Shown piece by piece: positions 18,396 to 28,544 of a stretch of 64,000 nucleotides of DNA. The notes beneath the pieces were generated by a model, which did not search any database, was not told the DNA's origin, and saw only the letters and a list, made by a program, of their open reading frames with translations. The DNA lies in contig CBDCNP010000002.1 of NCBI GenBank assembly GCA_965219415.1, positions 3,104,001-3,168,000 on the forward strand. Direction: 5' to 3'. The stretch is from Candidatus Marinacidobacterales bacterium (GTDB lineage: Bacteria > Acidobacteriota > Vicinamibacteria > Marinacidobacterales > DATDRI01). The position numbers were made by a program, and so were the translations under genes. Within the stretch, counting starts at the first letter, position 1. Each line of letters starts with the position of its first letter.

Positions 18396-20691
18396 AAGAC
18401 TCAACTGGATGGCGGTATGAGAAAGATGTCCGATATGAAGTATCTCATTCCACGAAGGCTGATGAGCTCGGCCGATGGGATTTCCGAAACGGTCGGGCTG
18501 CGGTGCGAAATAGCCCAGTGTCGTGGGAATCCATTGATAGAGCCGCATTTGTAGTATGAAAATCACGCCCAGCAAACAACCCATCAGAATGTGTCGGCCG
18601 ACCAGAGGATCTCGGAAACGCCCGTCCAAGACACGCATCCAGGAGACCATCATTTCCGGCCAGACGCGCCTCACGTAGGGCTCGAGGGCGACGTAGAAGA
18701 GCCAAGCCAGCGCAAATATGAAAAAGCTGCGATAGAGCGCGCCGAAGAGGACATCCACCTCCTTCGACCCCAGGACGTGATGCGCGCCGAAGAACCAATG
18801 GAGCATCACCAGTGAGAACATGTACAAGGCGAGTCGGAACGCCCCACGCCGGTCACCTCGTCCTAAACGCAAGTTCCGGCGAGCGAGCAGGGCTCCTCCC
18901 AGGATGGCGAGCACGTTGGCGCCGATATGCACCACGACCGCCAGAGGTGAAAAGAACTCTGCCGATCGGTCTTCCCGGGGAGCTGGTTGCGGCGAGATCC
19001 ATGCGATCCGGTGTCGTCCAGGGCTCGATAATGCGAAACGCAATCGGTTTGCCGCGATAGGCGGCCGCCTCGACGCGGATCGGAGTGGAGGGAGAGCTAG
19101 GATAGACGCCCCTCCACGCCGCCAGTTCCTCGGCGTAGCTAGCTGGGTTCCACTCAGGTTCTACCGGCTCGAACTCGGCGAGATCGAATCCCGCTTCGCC
19201 AAAGAGGGCACCCCAGTCGGTTTGAGATCCGCTTCGTTTGGCATCATCGAGCTCCGGTGGGACGGTGCTGAACGCTCGGAGCCGGCCCCGTGGATCGAGC
19301 TCGAGGTTGACCATGCCGGAGATCAAAGGAGGAGGATCGTGCGCCGAGGCAAGAAAGCTCGTCAGGCGTTGCGGCACGAGGTCGCGTGGACTCTGTCGGT
19401 ACCAGAAACGGACGAGGCTGGCGTCGACGGCGGACAACCTCTGCCATCGGTCAGGCGACTCGTCGTGCTCGGCCACGTATTCGATGAGGTCCCGCCGGAG
19501 GGTAAAACCATAGCTGCTATCCCGCGCCGTGCCGGAGAAACCAAGATTTCCGATCACGTCGCGCGCCCTTTCCCTCAAAAGCTCGGGAGACTTGGGTAGA
19601 GAAGCGATACCACTTATTTGCGTACTGGGGGTCATCCACACTACCAGGCCGAGCGAGATCACGACACTCGCCAAGTAAGCCCAGGCAACGGCAGGTGGAA
19701 GAGCACCGACGTCACCGGCTTCCGCAACCAGTTCCGGGGACGGCGTCTCGCCCGCGGCGGCCACGGCGAGGGCCGACGGCGGTCTCTTCGCCGGATCCTT
19801 CTCGAGGCAACGAAGGATCACGCGCTCCACCGCGGGGTCGAGATCCTCGACCAGGCTCGAAGGGTTCCTCGGAGTCGTGTCCCTCTGCAGCCGAATCATT
19901 TCCTTGGCAGTGTCCGCAGTGAACGCCCGCTTGCCGGTGAAAAGCTCGTAGAGGACGAGCCCCAAAGAATAGATGTCGCTCTTGATCGACACCTCTTTTG
20001 CCGTCCATTGCTCGGGAGCCATGAACGCGGGCGTTCCGTGGCGAGCATCCACGGGGTCGAGATGTCCGGTCATCGACGCGATCCCGAAATCGGTGAGACG
20101 CACCTTGCCCCGGCCGTCGATCATGACGTTGGAGGGTTTGAGGTCGCGATGCAGCACTCCCTTCTCATGAGCCGCCGCCAAGCCGGCGCAGAGCTCCCGC
20201 GCGATCTCGATCGCCTTGTCACTCGGGAGTCGACCGATGCGCCTCAGCAACGAGCCTAGGTCCTCTCCGTCGATGTACTCCATGGAGAGGAAATGCTGTC
20301 CTTTCACTTGGCCAATGTCGTAGACGCGGCATACGTTGGGGTGCGCCACTTGTCGCGCGAACCGCACCTCACGACGGAAGCGCGCTAGTTTGGTCTCGTC
20401 GTCCTAGATGTCCTCGGGGAGAAACTTTAGGGCGACCGCTTGGCCGAGCTCGAGGTCGTTGGCTCGGTAGATCTCGCCCATGCCGCCTCTGCCTACGCGC
20501 AGTACGATGCGGTACCGTTCGGCTAAAACGTCACCGGGGCTGAACCTTACTCCTTCGGACGTCTTGGCGGACGACAGCGGAGGCCGTGGCTTGGTGACGG
20601 TCGAAGAGAGCTCTTCAAGGGGTTCGCCGCAGTAAGGGCATAGGCGGCTTTCCTCGGTGATTTCCTCCGAGCAGGCTGGGCAGTTCACCAC
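18396..20691 (-). pseudogene. Zinc-ribbon Ser/Thr protein kinase with C-terminal membrane region; in-frame TAG and frameshift; truncated
   Basis: CPAC..CPYC, GRGGMGEIY, VALK, TAG at 20404-20406, HRDLKPSN and DFG. TM helices follow a frameshift near 18985. Confidence 0.8.
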
Positions 20692-20794
20692 TCGTGGATT
20701 CCCAAATGTCGAGATGTTAGTTGGCCCCCGGCACCGAAGCAACTCTATCGCCCTTGCAGACTTACGGAGGGCAGGGTTTAATTCCAGAAGCAAC

Positions 20795-21332
20795 ATGCTG
20801 CACTGGTTGAGGGAATCGCTCTTCGGGTACTTGGTCTTTCTGTTCGTTGGTCTGGGTGATCATCCCCAGTGCACTCGTCTACTTCATCGTCTTCCGACGA
20901 CGGTGGCGCGACCGTCTGATCGGTGCATCGATCACCATCGCCGTCTTGGTGACCAACGCCTATCTCTTTTGGCCCATCTTTACGCTGAACGACGGACCGT
21001 TCTACTCCGAGCCCTATGAAGGAGACGTTTCGGGTTTGGAGCTATTTAGCAAAACGCCCCTCCGCCGATTAGGCGAGACGGTCTACCGCCTGGAAGTCCG
21101 GGTCGGAGACGACAAGAACGTGTTCGTCCTGAGGGATCCCGATGGGACGTTGCGCTGGCAACGAGTACCCGACCATGACGGCCCGCTCGGCAAGATTCGG
21201 CTTAGCAAGCAATACACGCGCCTGGCTTGGTGGGGCGGCTGGACGGTAGCGATCGACCCCGAAAAACAAGAAGGCGGTTCCCTGTACCTCGGCCCACTCG
21301 GGGGATTTCGCTACTTCTACCTAAGCTGGTAG
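20795..21332 (+). CDS. Hypothetical membrane protein (frameshift near 20845)
   Basis: Hydrophobic N-terminal helices continue across frames into ORF 20847-21332. Confidence 0.45.
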
Positions 21333-21364
21333 GGAAGTGCTCAAATTCAGATAGGGGGTGGACC

Positions 21365-21685
21365 ATGATCATCCGCACCTGGGGCGCGGTGACGAGCCCG
21401 GACAAGGAACCCGATTATCTAAGGACGGTGAAAAAGCTCGTGCTCCCTCACCTTCGCAAGGTCCCGGGGTATAGAGGATCGTTTTTCGTGCGACGGCAAA
21501 GCGAAGGTTCATGGCGGTACTTGGTGCTCACCTGCTGGGAGTCGATGGATGCGTTGCTCGCGCTCGCCGGGAGCGAGTCCCGGCGAGCTTTCGTTCCGGC
21601 CGAGATAAGAGCAACCCTGGACGAGTGCGACGAAACGGCGGAGCATTTCGAAGTCGTGATCCAGGATCTCCCGCCGTCGCAATGA
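21365..21685 (+). CDS. ABM (antibiotic biosynthesis monooxygenase)-like dimeric alpha/beta barrel protein
   Basis: MIIRTW.A, VPGYRG, LVLTCWESMDAL.ALAG and HFEV. Confidence 0.75.
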   Translation: MIIRTWGAVTSPDKEPDYLRTVKKLVLPHLRKVPGYRGSFFVRRQSEGSWRYLVLTCWESMDALLALAGSESRRAFVPAEIRATLDECDETAEHFEVVIQDLPPSQ

Positions 21686-21704
21686 TGCGCGTCGTCCTAG
21701 CCTC

Positions 21705-23166
21705 GTGCCTTTCTTGGCGCGTCATGGCCCGCTCGATGAAACGGTAGCGTTGCGACGACTCTCCAACTTGTCCCGCCGCCGCGCCAGTCATTGCATTGTC
21801 GGAATCATCCTGGTTTCCTCGGTGGTCAAGGCGATCTACGCCTGGCGCTACTACGGCTTCTACACCGGCGACGACGTCGAGATCCACGAGATGGTCTTCG
21901 CGACTATCTTTCGGCTGGGACTGGAAAGCCTGGGATATCCGCTCTGCCTTTTACCCGTTGGTCTTTATCTATCCCGCGGTCGCCACCGTTGAGAAGCTAG
22001 GAATCGGCGATACCGCTCTCCTCGTTTTTGTGGGGAGGCTGGTGGTCGTGGCGTTCTCTGGGTTGAACCTTTGGCTGACCTACAAGATCGCGTGCCGGGC
22101 GTTCGAGAGTATTCCCATCGGCGTCTTGGCCGCCCTGTTCCTTGCGATCAATAAGCTACACCTGAGCTTCGCGACGACCGTGTTCCCCAGGACCATCTCC
22201 AGTACGTTTGTTCTACTCGCGGTTTGGTGCCTCTTGATGAGTCCGCCGAGAAAGCACTTCGCGATATGGGCCGGCCTGACAGGCCTGACAGGCCTGACAG
22301 GTTTGTCGCTGGGAGTCGCCGCGGCCATCCGCTATAGCGAGATCCTGTTCATCGTTCCCGGTCTCATCCATCTCGTAATGGACAAGCGCTACCGTGACGG
22401 AGCCGTCTTGGTGGTTAGCTTCGTCTGCTCGCTCTGGCTCATCGTCGAAGTCAGTGACGTTCTCTATTGGGGGGAGCGGTTGGCGAGTCTCGAGAAAATG
22501 ATCCTCTATGCGCTCACCTGGCCCGACACTCTAAGCAGGCAGCCTTTCTATCACTACTTGACCACGTTACCGTCGTGGAGCGACTGGTTGACCTTGGGCC
22601 TGGCGGTGGCCTCTTTGAAGTGGGCGCCGTCACGGATGGCGATGTGGGCGTTCCTTCCCGTGGTCTTGCTGAGTTTCTTATCGCACAAGGAAGCCCGCTA
22701 TCTTCTACCTGCGGTTCCTTTCCTTGCCATGTTGGCGGCGGCTGTATTCTGGCGATTGGCATCGAATGCCAAGGGGACGCGCACCGCGATGGTGGGGGCC
22801 CTGCTGGCAGCCATCTTCGTGCTGGAAGTGAGCTTTCTCCGCTTTCGGAGCTCGGAGGAAGCGGTGGATGCGGCGCGTTATGTCGCAGATAGCACCGACG
22901 GCGGCGTCGTGGTGCAAAGATGGACTTCAGGCGGAAGGCTGTACCTGTGGAGGCTCTCCAGGTTCGAGCGTCTTACCCAGGAGCAGATGGAAGAGCGAGA
23001 ATATTTTCGGACCAGCATCTCGTCGGCGTACGTTTCGTTTGTCATTGCCGAAGCACGGGATGTGGAGCGCCTCGACTACGAGAACGTCCTCAAACAGCTT
23101 GGGTACGCAGAGGTCGCGTTCCCGACGCGCGACCGGCGGGGGTTTTTCAAACTCTACCGCCGGTAG
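21705..23166 (+). CDS. GT-C membrane glycosyltransferase (Alg9/PIG-B-like), frameshift near 21915
   Basis: GDDVEIHEM, W..WDIRSAFYPL, many TM segments and HKEARYLLP. Confidence 0.7.
22273..22299 (+). repeat. Tandem 9-bp repeat (GGCCTGACA)x3 encoding (GLT)3
   Basis: Three exact copies, in frame. Confidence 0.9.
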
Positions 23167-23239
23167 GAAGGCTCACGGGACCATGGCGTTCGGCATAATT
23201 CTTGCGCATTGAATATGTCTAGAGCAGGGAACGTACGCG

Positions 23240-23449
23240 ATGATAAGACGACCGTCCGTCCGGATTCATATAGGACCATTCGAGCTCGTGTTGCTCGTGT
23301 TCCTGGGGGGAGCGCTGCTTTTGAGTCTCCTATGGGGAGCGAAGGCTTCCTGGGATGCAATTACGAATGACCGGGGACAGTGGTACCACTATCTCGCCCT
23401 GGTCGCGATTTGGGGCTTCTTTTTGTACTCCCTTTTGAGCGACGATTGA
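23240..23449 (+). CDS. Small two-TM membrane protein
   Basis: 69 aa with two hydrophobic helices. Confidence 0.5.
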   Translation: MIRRPSVRIHIGPFELVLLVFLGGALLLSLLWGAKASWDAITNDRGQWYHYLALVAIWGFFLYSLLSDD

Positions 23450-23456
23450 TTCGCAA

Positions 23457-23932
23457 TCATCGGATCGCGATCGGCCTCGCCGGCGAGCCGGTGGCTCCCT
23501 TGAAACGAATCGGCGTCAAGACGAAGAGAAACTCGGTGGCGCCGTCCTGAGCCAGCTCTTCGAGGGCCATATTCTCCAAGTTGAAGATTCCGTTCTTGGT
23601 GATGATCTCCTGGTGGATAGGGTAGGCAAGGTTAGGGTCCGGGTTGGGGACGATCTCGGTAGAGCCACCATCGGAGCCGACCATCGAAGGCTTCTGGTCG
23701 ATGACCCACTTGGCGGCTTGGAAGCCGATTCCGGGTATGTCGCCTTGGTTCTTGACCGGATTTTCACGAGCTGGACTGCCTCCAGGATCTTTTCGGGAGT
23801 GATCCAGTTGGATGCGCCGGCCTGATCGCCCTCTCCCCAAATGGGATGTGGCCACCAGGGTTCGGTTTGCGCATCGACCTGGGGCGCTACCAATGTGCCG
23901 ACAAAGAACGCTAGTAACAGCGTCTTCCTCAA
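23457..23932 (-). pseudogene. Cyclase-family (kynurenine formamidase-like) protein with a large internal deletion
   Basis: The N-terminus (signal, WGEGDQAGASNWITPEKILEA.QLVK) is joined near 23761 to the C-terminus (PGIG, VGSD, PIHQ..GIFNLENM, KGATGSP.RPIAI). The central HxGTHxD region is absent. Confidence 0.8.
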
Positions 23933-25236
23933 GGCGTCACCTCCATCATGGTATCCGTCGATCGCCGATCGCGGACGACCTTCCCTCCTTGGATAACGAG
24001 AATCGGTCGCGTAAGCACCTCGATATTCTCGAGAGGATTGCCCGGAACGACGATGAGATCGGCGAGCTTCCCCGCTTCTAAGGTTCCCACGGAATCGGCC
24101 ACGCCGCACGCCATAGCGCCCACGCGGGTCGCCGCCTCGATCGCCTCCTGGTGCGAGTACCCCCACGTCATGAACTGCTCGAGCTCCTGGATGTAGTAGT
24201 TGCCGATCTCGCCTTGACGCCCGCCTTCGACGTCGGTCGCAATCGCCATAGGCACGCCGGCTTGGTGCATCTTCCGGAAACGATCCTCGGCATGCGCGCG
24301 CGTCAGTTGGAAGCGGATATCGGACTCGGTCGGCTCACGCGTCCTGCTCCCGATGCCTCGAATCGTCGGCACGACGATGGTCCCTTGCTCTTTCATCATC
24401 GCGATGACCGCGGCCTGGTTCTTCATGGGGTAAAGATGCTCGATAGTGTCGGCACCCGCCGCCACCGCCCACTCCACCATCATCAACTCCGGATCGGAGT
24501 ACCAGTCGGGCGACACCGGCTTCCCACCTTTTCGCCCACCTGCGTGGACCGCAATCATGGCGCCGAGGCTATGCGTCTCTTCGATGGCGATCTCGATCTC
24601 TTCGCGGGTAAAGGGTGACGTGACTTTGGTGACATCCGCTCCTAGTTTGAAATTCTGACGGATGTGCCGTCGCCACTCTCCGGGGGAGTCCGAGGCAAGG
24701 AGCCACTTCGGTGGCACCATCAGCTCGAACTCGGAGGCGTGCGCTCCGGTCTGTCCCACCACGCCGTTGGCCACGATGAGTCGGGGTCCTTCGATGTAGC
24801 CCTTCGCAAGCGCCTGCTTCAGGCCGATGCCCACGTTGTGCCGCGCCCCGAGATCGCGCATCAGAGTGATACCGGCATCGAGCGCTTGCCGCAGGATCGC
24901 CGACGCGCGAAGTGCGGAGAGAGAATCGTCCTCGAAGTCTCTGGGGCCGGCAAGGTAGAACGCCGGGTGCACGTGAACGTCCGCGAGACCGGGAAGGACG
25001 GTGGCTCCCGATACCTCGATGACGTCCGCACCGGCGGGAATGCGGACTCGATCCTTCGGACCCACCTCGGCGATGCGCTCTCCTTGGATGACGACCGCAT
25101 GGTCGGTGAGTACGCCGGCGCCGGTCGCGTCGATGAGTCGATCGCCGATGATGACGACGGATTGGGTCTCGGAATCCTGCGCCGCGGCGCCAGCGGCGAG
25201 TAGGATCGCGGACAGAAGAAGCTTTGCTGGTTTCAT
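23929..25236 (-). CDS. Secreted metal-dependent amidohydrolase (Xaa-Pro dipeptidase-like)
   Basis: Signal peptide; PGLADVHVH, GITLMRDLG, AVHA, TIEH, ATD and GKLADLIVV. Confidence 0.88.
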   Translation of the reverse strand: MKPAKLLLSAILLAAGAAAQDSETQSVVIIGDRLIDATGAGVLTDHAVVIQGERIAEVGPKDRVRIPAGADVIEVSGATVLPGLADVHVHPAFYLAGPRDFEDDSLSALRASAILRQALDAGITLMRDLGARHNVGIGLKQALAKGYIEGPRLIVANGVVGQTGAHASEFELMVPPKWLLASDSPGEWRRHIRQNFKLGADVTKVTSPFTREEIEIAIEETHSLGAMIAVHAGGRKGGKPVSPDWYSDPELMMVEWAVAAGADTIEHLYPMKNQAAVIAMMKEQGTIVVPTIRGIGSRTREPTESDIRFQLTRAHAEDRFRKMHQAGVPMAIATDVEGGRQGEIGNYYIQELEQFMTWGYSHQEAIEAATRVGAMACGVADSVGTLEAGKLADLIVVPGNPLENIEVLTRPILVIQGGKVVRDRRSTDTMMEVTP

Positions 25237-25302
25237 GGAATCCTCCGATTATTGCCGGAGGATCATATCCCCGTGGGAGACGCTAGAGCAATCTAATAGA
25301 AG

Positions 25303-25726
25303 CTACTTGCCTTGGGCGGTTTTCGTGGGGAGCGGCGTTTGCTCGTTCGATTCTTCCCCTGCGAGGGCACTCGGACGGAAGACGACCCCGAACTCGGGTC
25401 GTTGAAGAATGGTGTAAAGCGTCTTGAGTTGTTCTTCTTCGAGCCGGGAGAATCTGACTCCGTGGACGAAGCCGGAGTTGCTGCCCTCTTGCTGCTTGCT
25501 CCAAACGACCTTCGCCTCGGTCACGAAGGGCTCGAGGTCGCGATCGAAGCTGATTCGTAAGAGCATGGTCGAACCGGCTGCGTAGGAAACGCCGGTGTCG
25601 AAACTGCACCCCGCCTCGGAGATGTCGGTGATCAAACCGAAGGCTTGGCCGTGCTGCCCCTCGTGGATTACCGGGATGGAGTTCTGCGGCACCAGCCGGG
25701 GGAACTTTCGGTTTGCGAGGTATTTA
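25303..25726 (-). pseudogene. PilZ-domain protein (5' end missing)
   Basis: c-di-GMP motifs RKFPR and DISEAG, plus AKVVW and GVRF. Confidence 0.7.
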
Positions 25727-28136
25727 GAAGATCTCCCCACCTTTGGGCGACCACATGGGATGCGATCCACCCTCGGATGAGATTTGCCATTTTCCTCCCG
25801 GGCCAGGAAAGGCTCTGACATAGACCTCTTCTCGGTCGGACTCATTCGAGATGTAAGCCAACCATCGACCGTCCGGCGAGAAGGTCGCTTGATATTCATT
25901 GAACGGCGTCGAGAGAAATATTGTTTCCTCTCCGTCTTCCACGGAAAACACGCCGATGTCGGTTCCAGTTTCTGGTCTCTGCCGTTGAAAAGCGAGAAGG
26001 TTGCCGTCCGGGGACCAAGAAGTCGCGGTGGTGGGGGAACTCGCTGTCTGTGAGTTGTACCGGCTGGCCGCTGCCGTCGGAAGGCACGGAAAAAATGTTC
26101 CACCCACCTTCGCGATCCGAAGAAAAGGTGACCTGCTTTCCGTCGGGTGTCCATATGGGAATGCTGTCGTTGCCTTGCTCGAACGAGAGCCGGGGCATGG
26201 TTTCCCGAGCCAGCTCCAAGACCCAGATGTCGATGCTTTGACCCTCGACCGAGGTTAGGGCGAGTCGTTTACCGTCGGGCGATAGCCGCGGCTCGACGAT
26301 GGTGCGCGACTTCTCTATCAGCGGGCGAGACCCTCCCTGGCGGTCCACCAGCGTTAACGTGACTTCCGGCGCTAGGGCAGCGGCCGCTCCCTCACCGAAA
26401 ACTAGCCCGCCATCTTGGGAGATCGCGAACTGATTTGGCTGCACTTCTTCCACCATGGGAACCGGGGCTCCCGTTACCTCGAGGCTATCAAGGTCGAAGG
26501 GCACCGCGAGCAATTGAGTCCCTTGTGAGTAGAGTAGGTGACCGGTGCGGGCATAACGGCCGCCGGTGGCACCTTCGATCAGAGTGCGTATCTCACCGCT
26601 GTCCCGGTCGAGCGCAGCAACGTTGGCGCTTGTATTGGTAAAGACCGTGAACACCACCCCCTTGCCGCCCGGCAAGATATCCGGCAGGCGGTGAGAGACC
26701 TCACCCTTCTCCTTGTCCAGCTCGGTCAACGGCTCCGGCGTGCCACCCCCGGCCGGCACCATCGATAGACCGAGCCCCCGTGCCACCGTGGTTCCGAAAA
26801 CGATAACGTCATCGTCGCCCCAACTTCCGCCGCACAGGTCCGGGCAGTCGCACAGTGTGACCGGAAGCCCACCATTCACGGATACGCGCTGCAGCTTCCC
26901 ATCCGCCCAGAAGGCGACCCACTGTCCGTCCGAAGAAAAGAACGGCCGAATGGCATTTTCCGTGCCTTGGACTCGTGTGGGCGCGACCTGATCCATCCGG
27001 CGGAGGTAAAGGTGTTGACCGTCCTGACCGAAAGAGACGTATGCGATGTGCGAGCCGTCCGGAGACAGGGCAAGGAGGGTTGGAATCCACCGCTCATTGG
27101 CCGGAAAAGCGACGTCGAAACGCGTCACCTGCTTCGGTGCGGGCGGCGTGCTGAAAAGAGCCCAGCCCAGGATGGCGGCCGCCGCGATACCCACGACGAA
27201 GCTCACTGCGGCCCAGAGGATCCGCTCACGGCCGAGACCACGAGCCGCACCTACTCCCGCCTGCGGGCCGGCCTCGACGATCCACTCGAGCTCCCGCGCC
27301 ACGTCACCGGCGCTCTGCCAGCGTTGGTCGGGATCTTTAGCCAAACATCGCCGGATGACATGTTCCAGCGCCACCGGCGAAAGCGGTGTCACACTGGAGA
27401 CCGGTTCCGGGTTTGCCGACATGATGGCCGAGATCAAGCTCGCTTGGCTCTTGCCCTCGAACGCCTTCTTGCCGGTCACCATCTCGTAGATGACGGCACC
27501 GAGCGCAAAGATGTCGGTTCGCGCGTCGATTTCTCCGCCCTCTAGCTGCTCGGGAGCCATGTATTGGAATGTCCCGAGGATGGTTCCCGCCGCGGTCAGC
27601 GATCTCTGCTCGGTGGGCAAGGCGGAAAGCGTCGACAGCTCCGGAGTCGGCGTGGTGGAGCCGGCGAGCTTGGCCAAGCCGAAGTCTAAAAGCTTCGCCC
27701 CGGTCTTGGTGATCATGATATTGCCGGGCTTCAGATCGCGGTGCACCACGCCGGCGCGGTGCGCCTTTTCCAGGGCGTCGGCGATCTCGGTCGAGTAGGT
27801 CAGCGCTTCATCGAAAGGAAGCGCCCCCTTCTTCAATCGATCGGCCAGGGACTCCCCTTCGATGTGCTCCATGACCAGGAAGTCGGTCTTACCTTCTCGG
27901 CCGATGTCGTGGAGCGTGCAGATATTAGGGTGGTTCAGGCTCGAGACCGCACGGGCTTCGCGCTCGAACCGCTCGCGCAGCTCGGAGCTTCCGGAGAGAT
28001 GGGAAGAAAGGACCTTGATCGCGACGCTGCGATCGAGTCTCGTATCCTTGGCCTTATAGACCTCGCCCATCCCTCCTGCTCCGAGGGAGGACAAAATCTC
28101 GTAGGGACCTAACTTGGTGCTGGGATCAAGGGCCAT
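25724..28136 (-). pseudogene. Ser/Thr kinase with TolB/PD40 propeller; frameshift near 26030; C-terminus truncated
   Basis: LGPYEI...GAGGMGEVY, HRDLKPGN, DFGLAK, GTFQYMAPE, a TM segment and SPDG repeats. Confidence 0.85.
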
Positions 28137-28160
28137 GGGCACGAAGACAATAACCGTCTT

Positions 28161-28395
28161 GTGAGCTTCCGTCATACCAATAGGATGATGGCAGTACCCA
28201 TTGAGGCCGCCGGATCGGCACTCACCCTCGGGAAAGAGATCACGCTTTTCGAAGGAGACTACCGAAAGGCGCCCTTCAGTTTTCAGGAGCTCGTCTATTA
28301 CGATGTGACCCGCGACGGAAAACAGTTCGTGATGTTGAAACCCGTCCAACGTGACGATGACCCTTCCACACTCCACGTAGTCTTGAACTGGCGGC
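28161..28395 (+). pseudogene. Orphan C-terminal fragment of another kinase-PD40 protein
   Basis: MMAVPI...LFEG.Y...YDVTRDGKQFVM...HVVLNW is the same C-terminal signature as in 63006-63300. Confidence 0.6.
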
Positions 28396-28544
28396 AAGCC
28401 GTTGCGATCCGTTATCTGCGGTTGGCCCAATCCGAACTCCGAAGGCGGAAGCGAATCCGGCAAAGGCTTCAGATCCAAGGAAGTCTTTCCCAGCACGAGG
28501 AGCGCCGCGACCCCGGCAACGGCGATGAAACGGCGCCTGCTCAC
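28392..28544 (-). pseudogene. pbpC: N-terminal stub of penicillin-binding protein 1C
   Basis: Overlaps the A2M stop. TM anchor followed by PLP...ITDRNG.P, as at the PBP1c N-terminus; pbpC usually follows a thioester A2M. Confidence 0.55.

Noticed and set aside
20404-20406. In-frame TAG in the kinase as pyrrolysine or amber read-through
   Set aside because: It lies at a non-catalytic position in a gene with other lesions, and there are no pyl genes in the window.
25896-28544. 882-aa ORF with a long N-terminal extension on the kinase
   Set aside because: The extension is the pbpC stub plus the antisense of a kinase-tail fragment. The kinase starts at ATG 28136.
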